Source: Leptogorgia sarmentosa (lineage: Eukaryota). Taken from it: a stretch of 64,000 bases of DNA. The stretch spans positions 2,666,001-2,730,000 of the forward strand of contig OZ210884.1 of NCBI GenBank assembly GCA_964658305.1. Reading direction: 5' to 3'. Below the pieces are notes generated by a model that saw only the letters and a list, made by a program, of their open reading frames with translations, was not told the origin of the DNA and did no database searches. Numbering within the stretch: position 1 is the stretch's first letter; each line of letters starts with the position of its first letter. A program made the position numbers and the translations under genes. Positions 38,587 through 50,176 of this stretch are shown one piece after another.

Positions 38587-39357
38587 GTGTCTGAAGCGTA
38601 TTTTAACAATGTTTATATCGTGAAACGAACGGGAAAATAAATAATTTCAATAAGTTTACCTTTTTCGTAGTAATGTTGAGTGGAAAAACGTCAATATTGA
38701 AGCAAATGCTTCAATATTGAAGGGGTTTTTCTCACTTCATCTTTCGAGACCTCGACAAAATATTTTCCAGTACGGACCGACCTAAATGGTAATTAAATAA
38801 CTTTTATTTTTTATGCTCGAAGCTATAATAAAATTGTGGGGAATTCTCTTGTATTTTGGCCTCTCACGCTTTCCCTTGCACCTGCGACACTAGATAGTCA
38901 CTCACTGCTCATCAGTTTTATGTGATTTTAATTTAATATCAACAATTTTGTGTTAAAATCGCCACAAAGGGCTGCATAACCATATAAAAAGTATTAAACC
39001 GTTTTAAGAACGTTCTCGCCACGTTTTTTCCTGCCTTCAACCTGCGAACAGGTGGCCTGACGCAACAGCCTTCGAACAGGCCGCGTAAGGTTTTCTACAA
39101 AACTCATAAGAAATATTCCAGTGTTGCGAACTATAGATTTTGAGATCAATTGGGTTTGTTTACTTTGCTACTCTAACGCAAGTATGGCTGCTAAACAGGC
39201 AAGACGAACTGAGAAAAAACCCTTCAATATTGATTCATTTGCTTCAATATTGACGTTTTTCCACTCAACATTACTACGAAAAAGGTAAACTTGTTAAAAT
39301 TATTTATTTTCCCGTTCGTTTCAAGATACAAACATGCTTAAAATGCGCTTTAGACAC
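38587..39357. mobile_element. Element with approx. 145-bp inverted arms
   Basis: TTTACCTTTTTCGTAGTAATGTTGAGTGGAAAAACGTCAATATTGAAGCAAATG pairs with CATTTGCTTCAATATTGACGTTTTTCCACTCAACATTACTACGAAAAAGGTAAA. Confidence 0.8.
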
Positions 39358-42300
39358 TGAAATATTTCGCCGAGAATGTTTTGTTTTATTCATACTGATG
39401 AGACTTTGTTGATGAGTTTTTGTCGCAGTAAGTACCCCCTAAAATACCCCTTAGCATAATAAATGAACTTTCATTTGCTTCGGCTATTACGTAGCGCGTA
39501 ATATTTAGGATTCGCTATTTAGGATTCCGAACCGCGGTCAAATATCGTAAAATTCCGCCCGCTACTGAAGCCAATCAGATTGCAGAAAACGCTCGGATTC
39601 CGCCCGCTGCTGATTTGCAAAAAAATAGAAAACTGTCTTTGTTGTAGATTTAATGTGCATGATCATTTCAATGGAATTTACATGCCTATATTGCTTACTT
39701 TTACTCAATCTAAGGTTGGCAATGACGAAACGCCTCGCCTAGTGGGTTGGATATTCTCTTGTGTTTAGTTGGGGTTTTTAATCCCGCCTGGCGAGACGAA
39801 ATTCCACAAGAGAGTTACTTATTGACGTTTTTTTCGCTAAACGTCTCACACCAAAATGGGAGAAAATCACGTGGTACGTTTCCCGCCGTTGTTTTCGTCT
39901 TGTTCCTTTACGTTTTGAATGCGTGGATACACCTCTAGAGGTAATTAATCTGATTACCTCAAGATATATATTATGCACTAAATAATGAGTCAATGCACGT
40001 TCTAGGGAAAATTAATGGCATGAAGGAATAGTTCCTGTAAAAAATGTGATAGCACCCAGTATAGAGCATTCGCATTGCTCAGTATTATGAGATGTTCAAA
40101 GCGATCGCAGCCTGATTTTAAGTCATCGTTTTCGAAAACTTCCGTTTTAGCCTGGAGAGCGTTTTTGAAAACCTCCGCCTTCCGTTGCCAAAAATGCCGT
40201 TTACATGTGAACGCTACGCCTAAACGGAGAAAAAATATCCACGCATTCTCGAAAATATCCGGATACGTGTGGACGGGGCCTTAAAGTTTTTGCAATTGTT
40301 TTCCTGATGGGGCAGTAAAAATATGCGTATTATTTCCGGAGGGTAATACGGGAAATCCTGTCTCGCCAACAGCCAAACAGATTGCGCTATTCGCCAAACA
40401 AATGCCTACCATATGATACAAAATGAAATGATAGATAGCAAGGCTGAATAATAATACGAGCTTAATACAAATAAAATGCCACGTAGTCATCTAGCTACTG
40501 TAACTAATCCCTATAGACATTCCGTTCACACTGGGGCTTTAAACAATGATATCGATATTAATATTTCGAATAACATTATTAATATCGCAATAACCAACAG
40601 CAATTAATTGCGGAACACAAAGAAGTATGAAAGCCTCATGATTGTTTCAACGCAAATAGCCTTCATTCCGTGCAAAAATAAATTCTTCATTATACATTTT
40701 CGAAAATGCTTGGGAAAATTTGAGACGGAATAGTGTGAATAAAAATGCAAAAATCGCTCAAAAACGATGATTGTCTAAACGTCATCGTCATCCATGCTTG
40801 TATAATTACGATAATTGAGCCAACGCGGAGGCGTGCACGGGAACTATAGATCTTGTCGTGAGAGTCAATGCCCAGCAGTAATCTCTTTAGCAACCTAAAA
40901 AACAAACAATAATTAATAACCGAACTCAGAACAACCGATATAGTAATTATAAATATCTAATGCAGCCCCCAAATTTAAGAAAATTCCGATCATTTTACAA
41001 TAATTCAAGTGTTTCAAGCTAATTATCAATCGTACAAATGATGCCCTTCAATAATGGAGATGACAAAATTTCGTTACCTCATAGCGCTTGCAATACGATG
41101 CATCCGTTCCCTTTAATTAATATTTTTTTACAAAGCCCCCCTCGCCAATAATATTCTATGTTAAACATAATTACACTAATTCTATTAATTTTCTTAAATG
41201 ATATTATTCTATGGCTTTTTAAAAATTCTCTATTCTGATTGGTTGACAAGCGGTTGGTAAAAATCGAAATCTTGACCGTGGTCCGTATTTTCCGTATCTG
41301 GACCTGTGTCGCGGATGTCGTTTATCTTGGGGGAAACTTCGCTTCGCCAACAGAAAAGAATTTTGCTTTTCAATTTTCCAATTTTCTGACTAAATCATTT
41401 TAGATTGAGGATGTATGTCTACCGTATACTGTTACCCAGAGAAACTGATGATAGCCGATGTTAATTCGCGCGAAAAGAATATGCTCAAATACTCAATTCA
41501 GCCATGTAATAAACAGTTTATTGACCTCGCTTGTTCGGTCTGTATTGTGAAATATCAGACCTCAATCTTTTGCATTGACCTCGCTCCTTCGTCGCTTGGT
41601 CCATACTAAAAAAACCTCGGTCTGATATTATATAGTACAGACCTCACGCTCGGTCAATAACTCTTTATTATATACTTATGTAAATCTCAAGCCTGTCCAT
41701 AAGCAGTTGGTGTCATTTCACGTGCCGCAAATTTTCAAAATATGACTGTAGGTATAGGCGTATAGCCTAGCTGATGTTTATAATTATTTATTTTATATTT
41801 TGAAGTACTTTAAATTTTTGCCAGCGGTTTCATAAATGATCAGAATTTACTTTTATTTTGCAAAAAACTATGCAATCAAAATAATGGTTGATGAAAGGAC
41901 AGTGAAAGAATCTTTCATTGATAATTATAATAGGTGTCGCAATAACAAACAGCAATTAATTGCGGAACTTTGCGCTATAAATATGACAGAAAGCAATGTG
42001 AAAGCGTTAGGATCGTACAAAAATCCTTCATACCGTGCAAAAATAAATTTCGAAAATGCTTGGGAACATTTGAGAAGGAATAGTGTCAATAAAATGCGAA
42101 AATCGCTCAAAAACGACCATGCATATGCTTGTGGATCATTGAGCCATCGCGGAGGCGTTCAAGGGAACTATGGATCTTGTCGTGAGAGCCAGTGCCCAAC
42201 AGTAATCTCTTTAGCAACCTAAAAAACAAACAATTAAACACGGAACTCTGAACAACCGATATAGTAATTATAAATATCTAACGCAGCCCCCTGAATTTCG

Positions 42301-42994
42301 AAAATTACGAGGATTTTATATTAATTGAAGTGTTTTAAGCTAATTATTAATAGCACAAATAATGTCTTTGTTCAATAAACGTTGTAGCAACAAATTATAA
42401 TCTCCCAGTCGAACCCAACATTGACCTTACATATCATTAACGTAGCGCCACGGATACTTTGGCTAATTCTCGAGTTCATTCGTCCAAAATTAATAGACTT
42501 ATTTGTATACCCTACGCTCCTTTCTCACCAGAAGCACGATATGTGGCTTAAGAGCAAAACTTTTTTTTTTAGGCGTGTGATTGAACACAAATACACAATA
42601 AGCACTGCTCATTAGCTATGATGATTGAGCTATGGCTGGGGCGTACCAGAGAAAATAATGAGATCGTGTGGGTTAACGCACGAGAAGAAACTCTCTGGCA
42701 ACCAGAAAAACAAAATAAACACTAGCTCTCGACAACCGAGAGAAAAATGTATCGAATCCACCCCCGAAGTTTCACAAGTACAGGATGTTTACAATAATTG
42801 AAATGTTTTTTTCAAGTAAATTATCACATATTACAAATAGTGTCTTTGTATGCAAAAAGTTGAAGCAACAAAATCTTTAAGTTTCTAGCTGCTATGAAAA
42901 GGAACTATACACAGCTTGACTACCTATTATGCCCGCGCGTCAATTATTAAATAACCATCTGCAAGAACCTTTTAGTTCTTTCAATTCGCCACTG

Positions 42995-43107
42995 TATAAA
43001 AGCAGCACATCACAACCACTGCAATACATTCAACTCAAAAGACTAAAGAGATCAGTGGAAGAAGCGAAGAAATCGTCATTTGAAAGCAGGAGAAACCGAC
43101 CATCCAT
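42995..43107 (+). promoter_or_regulatory. TATA box and putative non-coding first exon of secreted gene B
   Basis: Paralogous to 29640-29751; TATAAAAG and the CCAT|GTAAGT donor are conserved. Confidence 0.65.
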
Positions 43108-44150
43108 GTAAGTAATAAATAAATTGTCTATATAGCACGCACGTATAAGCTATAGTAAATGTACAAAAACAGATCTATAACCATACATGAAATATTTATA
43201 GTGAACATATTAATAGACATAATATTTTTATAACTGGCTTCTATCTCTATTTTGCGCAACTACTGATTGTAGCTATTACTGCTAGATCTGTAATTATTTG
43301 TTTAAACTTTTCAAAGTTCGAACAGTCAAATTGATGTTTCTATAAAAATATACAGTATATCAGACAAGAAACGATCTTCTATAGAAAGTTTATCAAAAAT
43401 AAGGACGCTAAACCTGCATTTTCCTGTTCAAAATTTAAATATAGTTGTTATAGTTACAATGATTTCTTTCATTTGTTAACAAAAAAAACTTTTTACTTGA
43501 TCCGACCTAGAGTTCATAATCTAGTTCAACTTACCAACTGATTGCAAAACTGCTATCCTGGAGGGACCCGATCCTTGTAATCGAAAATTATAGAAAATAT
43601 GGCAAATCACAAATGCCATGTAGCTATGGCCCGGTTCAAAACGAATATACGCACCCAAAAGGAATAATTTCCCGCACATGCCTAGAAAATACCGCATGAA
43701 ACAACGTAGCCTAAGAATTACAAAATATCTATATTCCACCTAAGTTAACGTTAATATATAAAAGTTTATCGAAATACAATTTTTAACTTTGAATTGCCTT
43801 AAAAGTTAATTGATTTAAATTTGTTTTCAAAAGAACTTAGTAGCAAGAACATAAATATATAAATATTTAAATTTAAGAAAATTTCACGTCACAGTGAGAC
43901 TCGGGGAATTACCAAAACTTTCAAATTTCCTTAATAATTTTACGCAGTCCCATGTTTACCTATATAAACCAACTTCATATCAGATCCTGTTATGAGAATA
44001 ATAGCTAAGGCAGAACAATAGTACTTGAAATAGGCTATCCTAACTTAACCAGGCCCACATAAATTAGAAATGGTAGCAGAACGACAGTTGGCCTTAATGC
44101 ATTAACGATTTATGATTACAATATTTTTAATAGTATTTTTTCCGTATAGA

Positions 44151-47100
44151 ATGACTTCTAAACAATTGGTATCTTTGTTGGCATTCTTATTTCTTGCTCC
44201 ACAAATCATTTGGAAGGTTGAAGGTAGTTATTCAAAAATTTATATTATCGCATTAAAATTAACAAAAAATTCTGATAGCATATTCTAGCTATGTAGCAAA
44301 ACGGAGGAAGAACACGAGAGATGTAAATATTCATAGCTACCAACCGATAAATGCTTTTTCAGTGTTTTTTTTTATGTGTGTAACATTCGTATAGTTAGAA
44401 AATACAATAAAAAAACAGTCATGTATCATCTGCAAGAAAATAAATAAATACGTAGCTAACGTTCAAAATTTGAATTAATTAGAGGATAAACTCAATGCGG
44501 AAATTTAGGTATAGCTGTTAAATATACCCGTTGTCGGTCGCTTCTCTTACCTGCTTGGATCATTTTTAATTCACTTGTGTTTTTACGTGTCAAGATTTTG
44601 ATACTTGGGTTGTTTTAGTCTTGTTAGAGGACCTGATGACCGTCTGTAGGCGTATACTTTATGTAAGCCTTCCAACAGAAACTTTCAAATTGCAATAGTT
44701 TTTAAACAATTAGGTGTAAAATTACTCAAGTAATTATTCAATTATTCAAAAAATAGTCACAAGTAGTTAATTATATTCTTGGATTAATCGTGGATTGTTT
44801 ACTTAATAGGCTGTCCTACTACACCGTCGGGAAATACGACATCAACAGCGCCACCACAACCGCGTACAACAACTGACGAAGGTAAGCGCGATTGGATAAA
44901 AAAAACCAAGTGAAAACTAAGAAAAAAACTTTCTGGTACCATCTCCTTAACGATTTAAGGATTCCACAGTGAAACTCTCTGTAATAGTGAGATTCAGATC
45001 GTTCTTTGGTTGCAAGTGCTAGCAATGAATTTACCAGAGACGCTAAACCCTTTAGAGAAATATACGTTTAACAAAGTCACTACATTCAACACTATTATAG
45101 TCAATTATTCAATTAAAAAACTGGAAACTCATTATGCTATTACGCCATATATGCATTAGTAGTCGATATTTGGTAGCTATATAATATTACTTTGAAGGTT
45201 AAAGTTTACAATATCATTATACCAGTTTTCAAAAGACCGAGAATAAGTACATATTACGAGCAATAATTCGTAAAATTCGTTCGCTGATTTTATTCTTAAT
45301 AGGACCCACTACTTCACCAACAGGAAATCAAACATTAACCGCAAAACCAACGACAACACCATCGCATAAAACAACTGAAGGTAGGTAACCAAATAGGAAC
45401 AAGGTCGATTGAACAACGCGTTTAAAAACTTTATAATACAACTGTCCTTTGCCTGCAAGTACTACTAAAGTTTGAAATGTTGCAAATTCTCCATCCCTAA
45501 CTTAGCTATATGGGCTGCATAAAAAAAACTTACACAACTTTTGTATCTTAGCTAATGGCCCTTACAGATTTATTGCTGACATTTTCATAATGGCTTATGA
45601 AAATGTATGGCTTATAAATTCAAATTAAGCCTTTAGCTTCTTTCCAAATTATTGTAAAAATAAGACTTCATACGAATCGGTAAAAAAATGGCATTCAACG
45701 CCGCATTTTTCGAAAGGCGAAAGAGGATGGAATGAAAAGAATAGACGGTAGAAAAGTTATTTTTTTAACTAGCTTCTGTCCGGCCTTCCTGGCTAGAGCT
45801 TGACAATTGCATAATCACATATCCAACACAATTTTGTGGACCTGTGTCATTTCCAATTTATTTGCAACTTATTTAATATCGAATTATTCACCTCAATCCT
45901 TTGTAACAACGATGCTTCTATACTTTGTAAAAAAGGTTTTATAGACACATTGTAAGGTAGATAGAAATATATTCTGATATTTGTCTAATATCAACAGGCT
46001 CCGATAACGAGGATGAATGGGAGATTTCTTTCGTTGAACAAGGTACGTGCTTGATCCAAAGCGAATTTTTTATTATCATTATATAGAATGGTTATTATAA
46101 TCATGTTAAAATCGATTGGAAATTCCAGGAATTTACAATTCTTCCAAAGGAAGTAAAGCGCACACATTTTCATGCAGCCAATTAGATTCAGATAAGGAAC
46201 CAAAATAGCCAATCAGCTTTTAGCGAGGATTGGACAAAAACGCAGACATGAAAATAAATAATAATGTTTATAAACATGTTTTTGTTTATACACTTGATTA
46301 TTTCAAACAAAATTTGGTGACAGGAAACAAAAAAGGGAAATACTGAATTAACCATTCAGCATTTCTAATTACTAATTCACAAAATTCTGCTGCTCTCTAC
46401 TACGATTTGACAAAGTTCATGTGGCAATTACTGTTATACAACAGTTGCATCTTTCAAAAGCAAGCAGGTGGATGTGGGTCTTTTGCAAACCAAAATGACT
46501 TCGGTTTTAAAATTGTTTATGTTTCCAAAATGAATATAATAAAATGGTAATTACGCTTCGTTTCGTGTTATTTTGGTCGAAAATCACACTTTTGATCAGA
46601 CACTCCATTCTCGCTTCGAAGACGCACATTTTTTTCCAACTCGGCTTTGCATGAATTGAGACCATTGAACTATATAAAACTGGAAGGCTACTTCCGGCCG
46701 GAAACTTGAAGCCAAAATATGCAAAATTGGCGCCAGTCTTCTCACGCAATGTAAACACGGCCACAACAAATCATTCTGTGTTTTTCGGAAAAAACCTGGA
46801 AAAACCTTGCAAAAAATAATTTTAAAAGGTTGGAATCATTCATATTTAAAATAAATTTGATGAAGATTTTGTCCTCTTAATAATGGCCAGTTTTTGTACC
46901 AGATTTTGTATGGTAACGTCTGATAACACTAGCGCTTTTTGTAGAAAAAACCGATCAGCACTGATAAGCATGGTGTTGAGGTTTGCTATAAAGCTGGGTT
47001 AAGCCGTGATTTTTGGTTAATTTTTTATATTTTTCAAACATCGTTTACCCACAGGCTATTTCCATTGATAGACAGTTTTCGAATCATTATGTCAAGCATT

Positions 47101-50100
47101 TGAGATCCGTTTTATTCCAGGCGCAATCGTTTTCCGCGCGTTTACCTTACAGAAATTCATTTGATCGGCATAAAATTGAAATGTTCTGTATTCATAGCAC
47201 AAGAAATGGCTTTGAAACAGTAAAAAAACAGCAAATTCATTTCTCTATCGCATCGCAAGTTCCTACGTTCTCTTTCGACAACATGTTGTTCACTTGTTCG
47301 CTACTTTCAACCACGCGAGAATGTCACGCAGCTGAACTCGCGTGAAGTTATCTCCAGACACGCGTGCCTCCATGCAAAATTTTTAATTTATTTCCCGTTA
47401 ATATTAAGGTAGCCTTCCATATATTGTTCAATGATTGAGACCAAATTGCACTGCACTCAGTATATACCGACATATCTGTCCGTTTCAGCATGATCGTACA
47501 ACATGCTGAACTGGGTGTCTTTTAGTGCACTGGGATTTAGGAATTGACCATTATACAATGAAGACTTGTTGACAAATATTGAAATTTTTCTTCCAGGAGC
47601 AGAAAATATTACATGTACACCAACACAATCTACGTCAGGAAAAACTTCACCTTCACCAAAATCACCACCAGCTATACCAAAACCATTTAAAAAACCAAAA
47701 GGTACGAGCTCGAATGAAAAATAGGAACATTAGGCATGCGTAATAATCACTTAGCTACTGACTGAGATTGAAAAATATCAAACTGAGGTCTTGCTGTATT
47801 AACCGTGCGATAGGGAGGTTACTACAGCTAGACCGATGTTTGATGTTTTCCCGTACAGAACGAACAGTCGAAGTCAGTAGTTTATTATATTTTATTTTAT
47901 GGCTTTACGAAGCTCTCTACTGATTGGTTGACAAGCAGTCCGTAAAAACCCAATTCCGGACCGTTGTCCGTATTTTCTGTATCTCGACCGGTGTCCCAGA
48001 TGTCGTTTATCTGGAGGGAAATTTCGCTTTACAAATAGAAAAGATTTTCGCTTCTTCATTTTCCAATTTAATATTTACAGATAATAACAATTTCAAATAT
48101 CCAAATTGTTTTTATGGAAGATGTATGTCTACTGTACTATTATCCAGCGAAACTGATGATAGCTGATCTACTCAGGGCGAAAGGCATATTAATGCTCTAA
48201 GACTCAACTCAGCCATGTAATAAACGGATTATTGACCTCGCTTGCTCGCTCTCTACTGTTATATAATAAATATCAGACCTCTTTTTTTTTCATTGACCTC
48301 GCTACCTCCCCCGCTCGGTCCATACTAAAAAACCTCGGTCTGAAATTTCACAGTACAGACTGCACGCTCGGTCAATAAACTTTATTATTATATGGCTTTT
48401 CAAAATTCTCTATTCTGATTGGTCGACAAGCGGTCCGTAAAAACCCATATCCGGACCGTGGTCCGTATTTTCCGTACCTGGACCGGTGTCCGGGATGTCG
48501 TTTATCTGGCGGGAAATTTCGCTTCGCAAACAGAAACGATTTTTCCTTTTAAATTTTCCAATTTAAAATTTACAGATGAAAATTTCAAACAACCAAATTG
48601 TTTCAGATTGAGCATGTATATCTACCATATACTGTTACCCAGTGAAACTGATGATAGCCGATTTGATTCGCGCGAAAAGCACATGCTCAAATTCTCAATT
48701 CAGCCATATTTATTGACCTCGCTTGTTCGGTCTGTACTGTAAAACATCAGACCTCAGTTTTTTGCATTTACCTCGCTCCTTCGTCGCTCGGTCCATACTA
48801 AAAACCTCGGTCTGATATTTCACAGTATAGACCTCACGCTCGGTCAATAACCCTTTATTATTATATGGCTTTTCAAAATTCTCTATTCTGATTGGTCGAA
48901 AAGCGGTCCGTAAAAACCCATATCCGGACCGTGGTCCGTATTTTCCGTATCTGGACCGGTGTCCCGGATGTCGTTTATCTGGCGGGAAATTTCGCTTCGC
49001 AAACAGAACAGATTTTTGCTTTTTAATTTTCCAATTTAAGATAAAAATTTCGAACAACCAAATTGTTTTAAATTGAGCATGTATGTCTACCGTATACTGT
49101 TACCTAGTGAAACTGATGATAGCCGATTAAATTCGGGCGAAAAGCATATGCTAAAATACTCAATTCAGCCATATAATAAACAGTTTATTGACCTCGCTTG
49201 TTCGGTCTGTACTGTGAAATATCAGACCTCAGTTTTTTGCATTGACCTCGCTCCTTCGTCGCTCGGTCCATACTAAAAAACCTCGGTCTGATATTTCACA
49301 GTACAGACCGAACAAGCGAGGTCAATAACCCTTTAATATGGCATATGTGCGTTTTGAAATGAGCTTAGGCGATATACAGGAATAAACCAAATATTATCAT
49401 ACTGGGGCCGGTTGTATAAATCTCTTAACTACCCGTTTCGCAATTAAAATGCGGGTTTCTGATTGGTCAATTTTTATCATTTATAGACCCGGAGCGAGGG
49501 GGATTCGGCGTAATATTTCCCGAAGTGATGATATTTTCCTAGGGCTCTGCCCCGAGGAAAATATCATCACTGAGGGAAATATCGCCGAATCCCCCGAGCG
49601 GAGGGTCTATAAATGATATATTATACCGAACGAAACATTTTTGCATAATTGTTTTAAAGAAGTCTATTTATTTCTTCATTCGAGTCTTGCTCGCCCGCCA
49701 TTTTGCATAGATATGCTAAGCGCGTGTTGCCCACGCGTCACGCGTGAGCGTGGGATACTATAATATTCCACGGCGGATTTGCCGTGGGATATTATAGTAT
49801 CCCACGCTGGATTGCGAAATCAGGAATTTGAGTGAAATACCGTAAAAAATCACACTATCACGTGGTACAAATGCTGTTTTTTCATTGGACAATTTGAATT
49901 TGAGGTATAATATTAATTTTTATCAACCTCTTGCATTTTCCAGGTGCCGGTATAGATTGCACTTGCCATCCAGTACTTGGGGTTTTTAAAATAACCAATC
50001 GAAAGAAAGGATTTACATGCACGTCAAAGTTTGTCTATGCAAACAACGAATGTAAACCTAATCCACCCTGTGTTCCTATTAACCCAAAGCAGATCAATGT

Positions 50101-50176
50101 TCCAATGATATGTCCGAATCCACATCCAAATGTAGTGGTAAATGGCGAAGTGGTCATAAAGTGTGGTATAAAGTAA
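44151..50176 (+). CDS. Secreted protein B (186 aa), paralog of A. Exons 44151-44223, 44810-44881, 45303-45380, 47597-47701, 49944-50176
   Basis: GT-AG, all phase 1, frame open. MTSKQLVSLLAFLFLAPQIIWKVE / GCPTTPSGNTTSTAPPQPRTTTDE / GPTTSPTGNQTLTAKPTTTPSHKTTE / GAENITCTPTQSTSGKTSPSPKSPPAIPKPFKKPK / GAGIDCTCHPVLGVFKITNRKKGFTCTSKFVYANNECKPNPPCVPINPKQINVPMICPNPHPNVVVNGEVVIKCGIK*. Confidence 0.82.
47895..49335. mobile_element. Three head-to-tail copies (approx. 470-490 bp) of a non-autonomous element; solo copy at approx. 41205-41670, related hairpin at approx. 61630-61815
   Basis: The unit begins TATGGCTTTT..AAATTCTCTATTCTGATTGGT and ends with the internally palindromic TTATTGACCTCGCTTGTTCGGTCTGTACTGT..ACAGTACAGACC..GGTCAATAAC; it starts at approx. 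47900, 48392 and 48865. Confidence 0.85.

Noticed and set aside
47924..49276. Repeated 67-115 aa ORFs (MVDK.SVKT..RTVVRIF..)
   Set aside because: They are translations of the tandem non-autonomous element, with frames broken differently in each copy.
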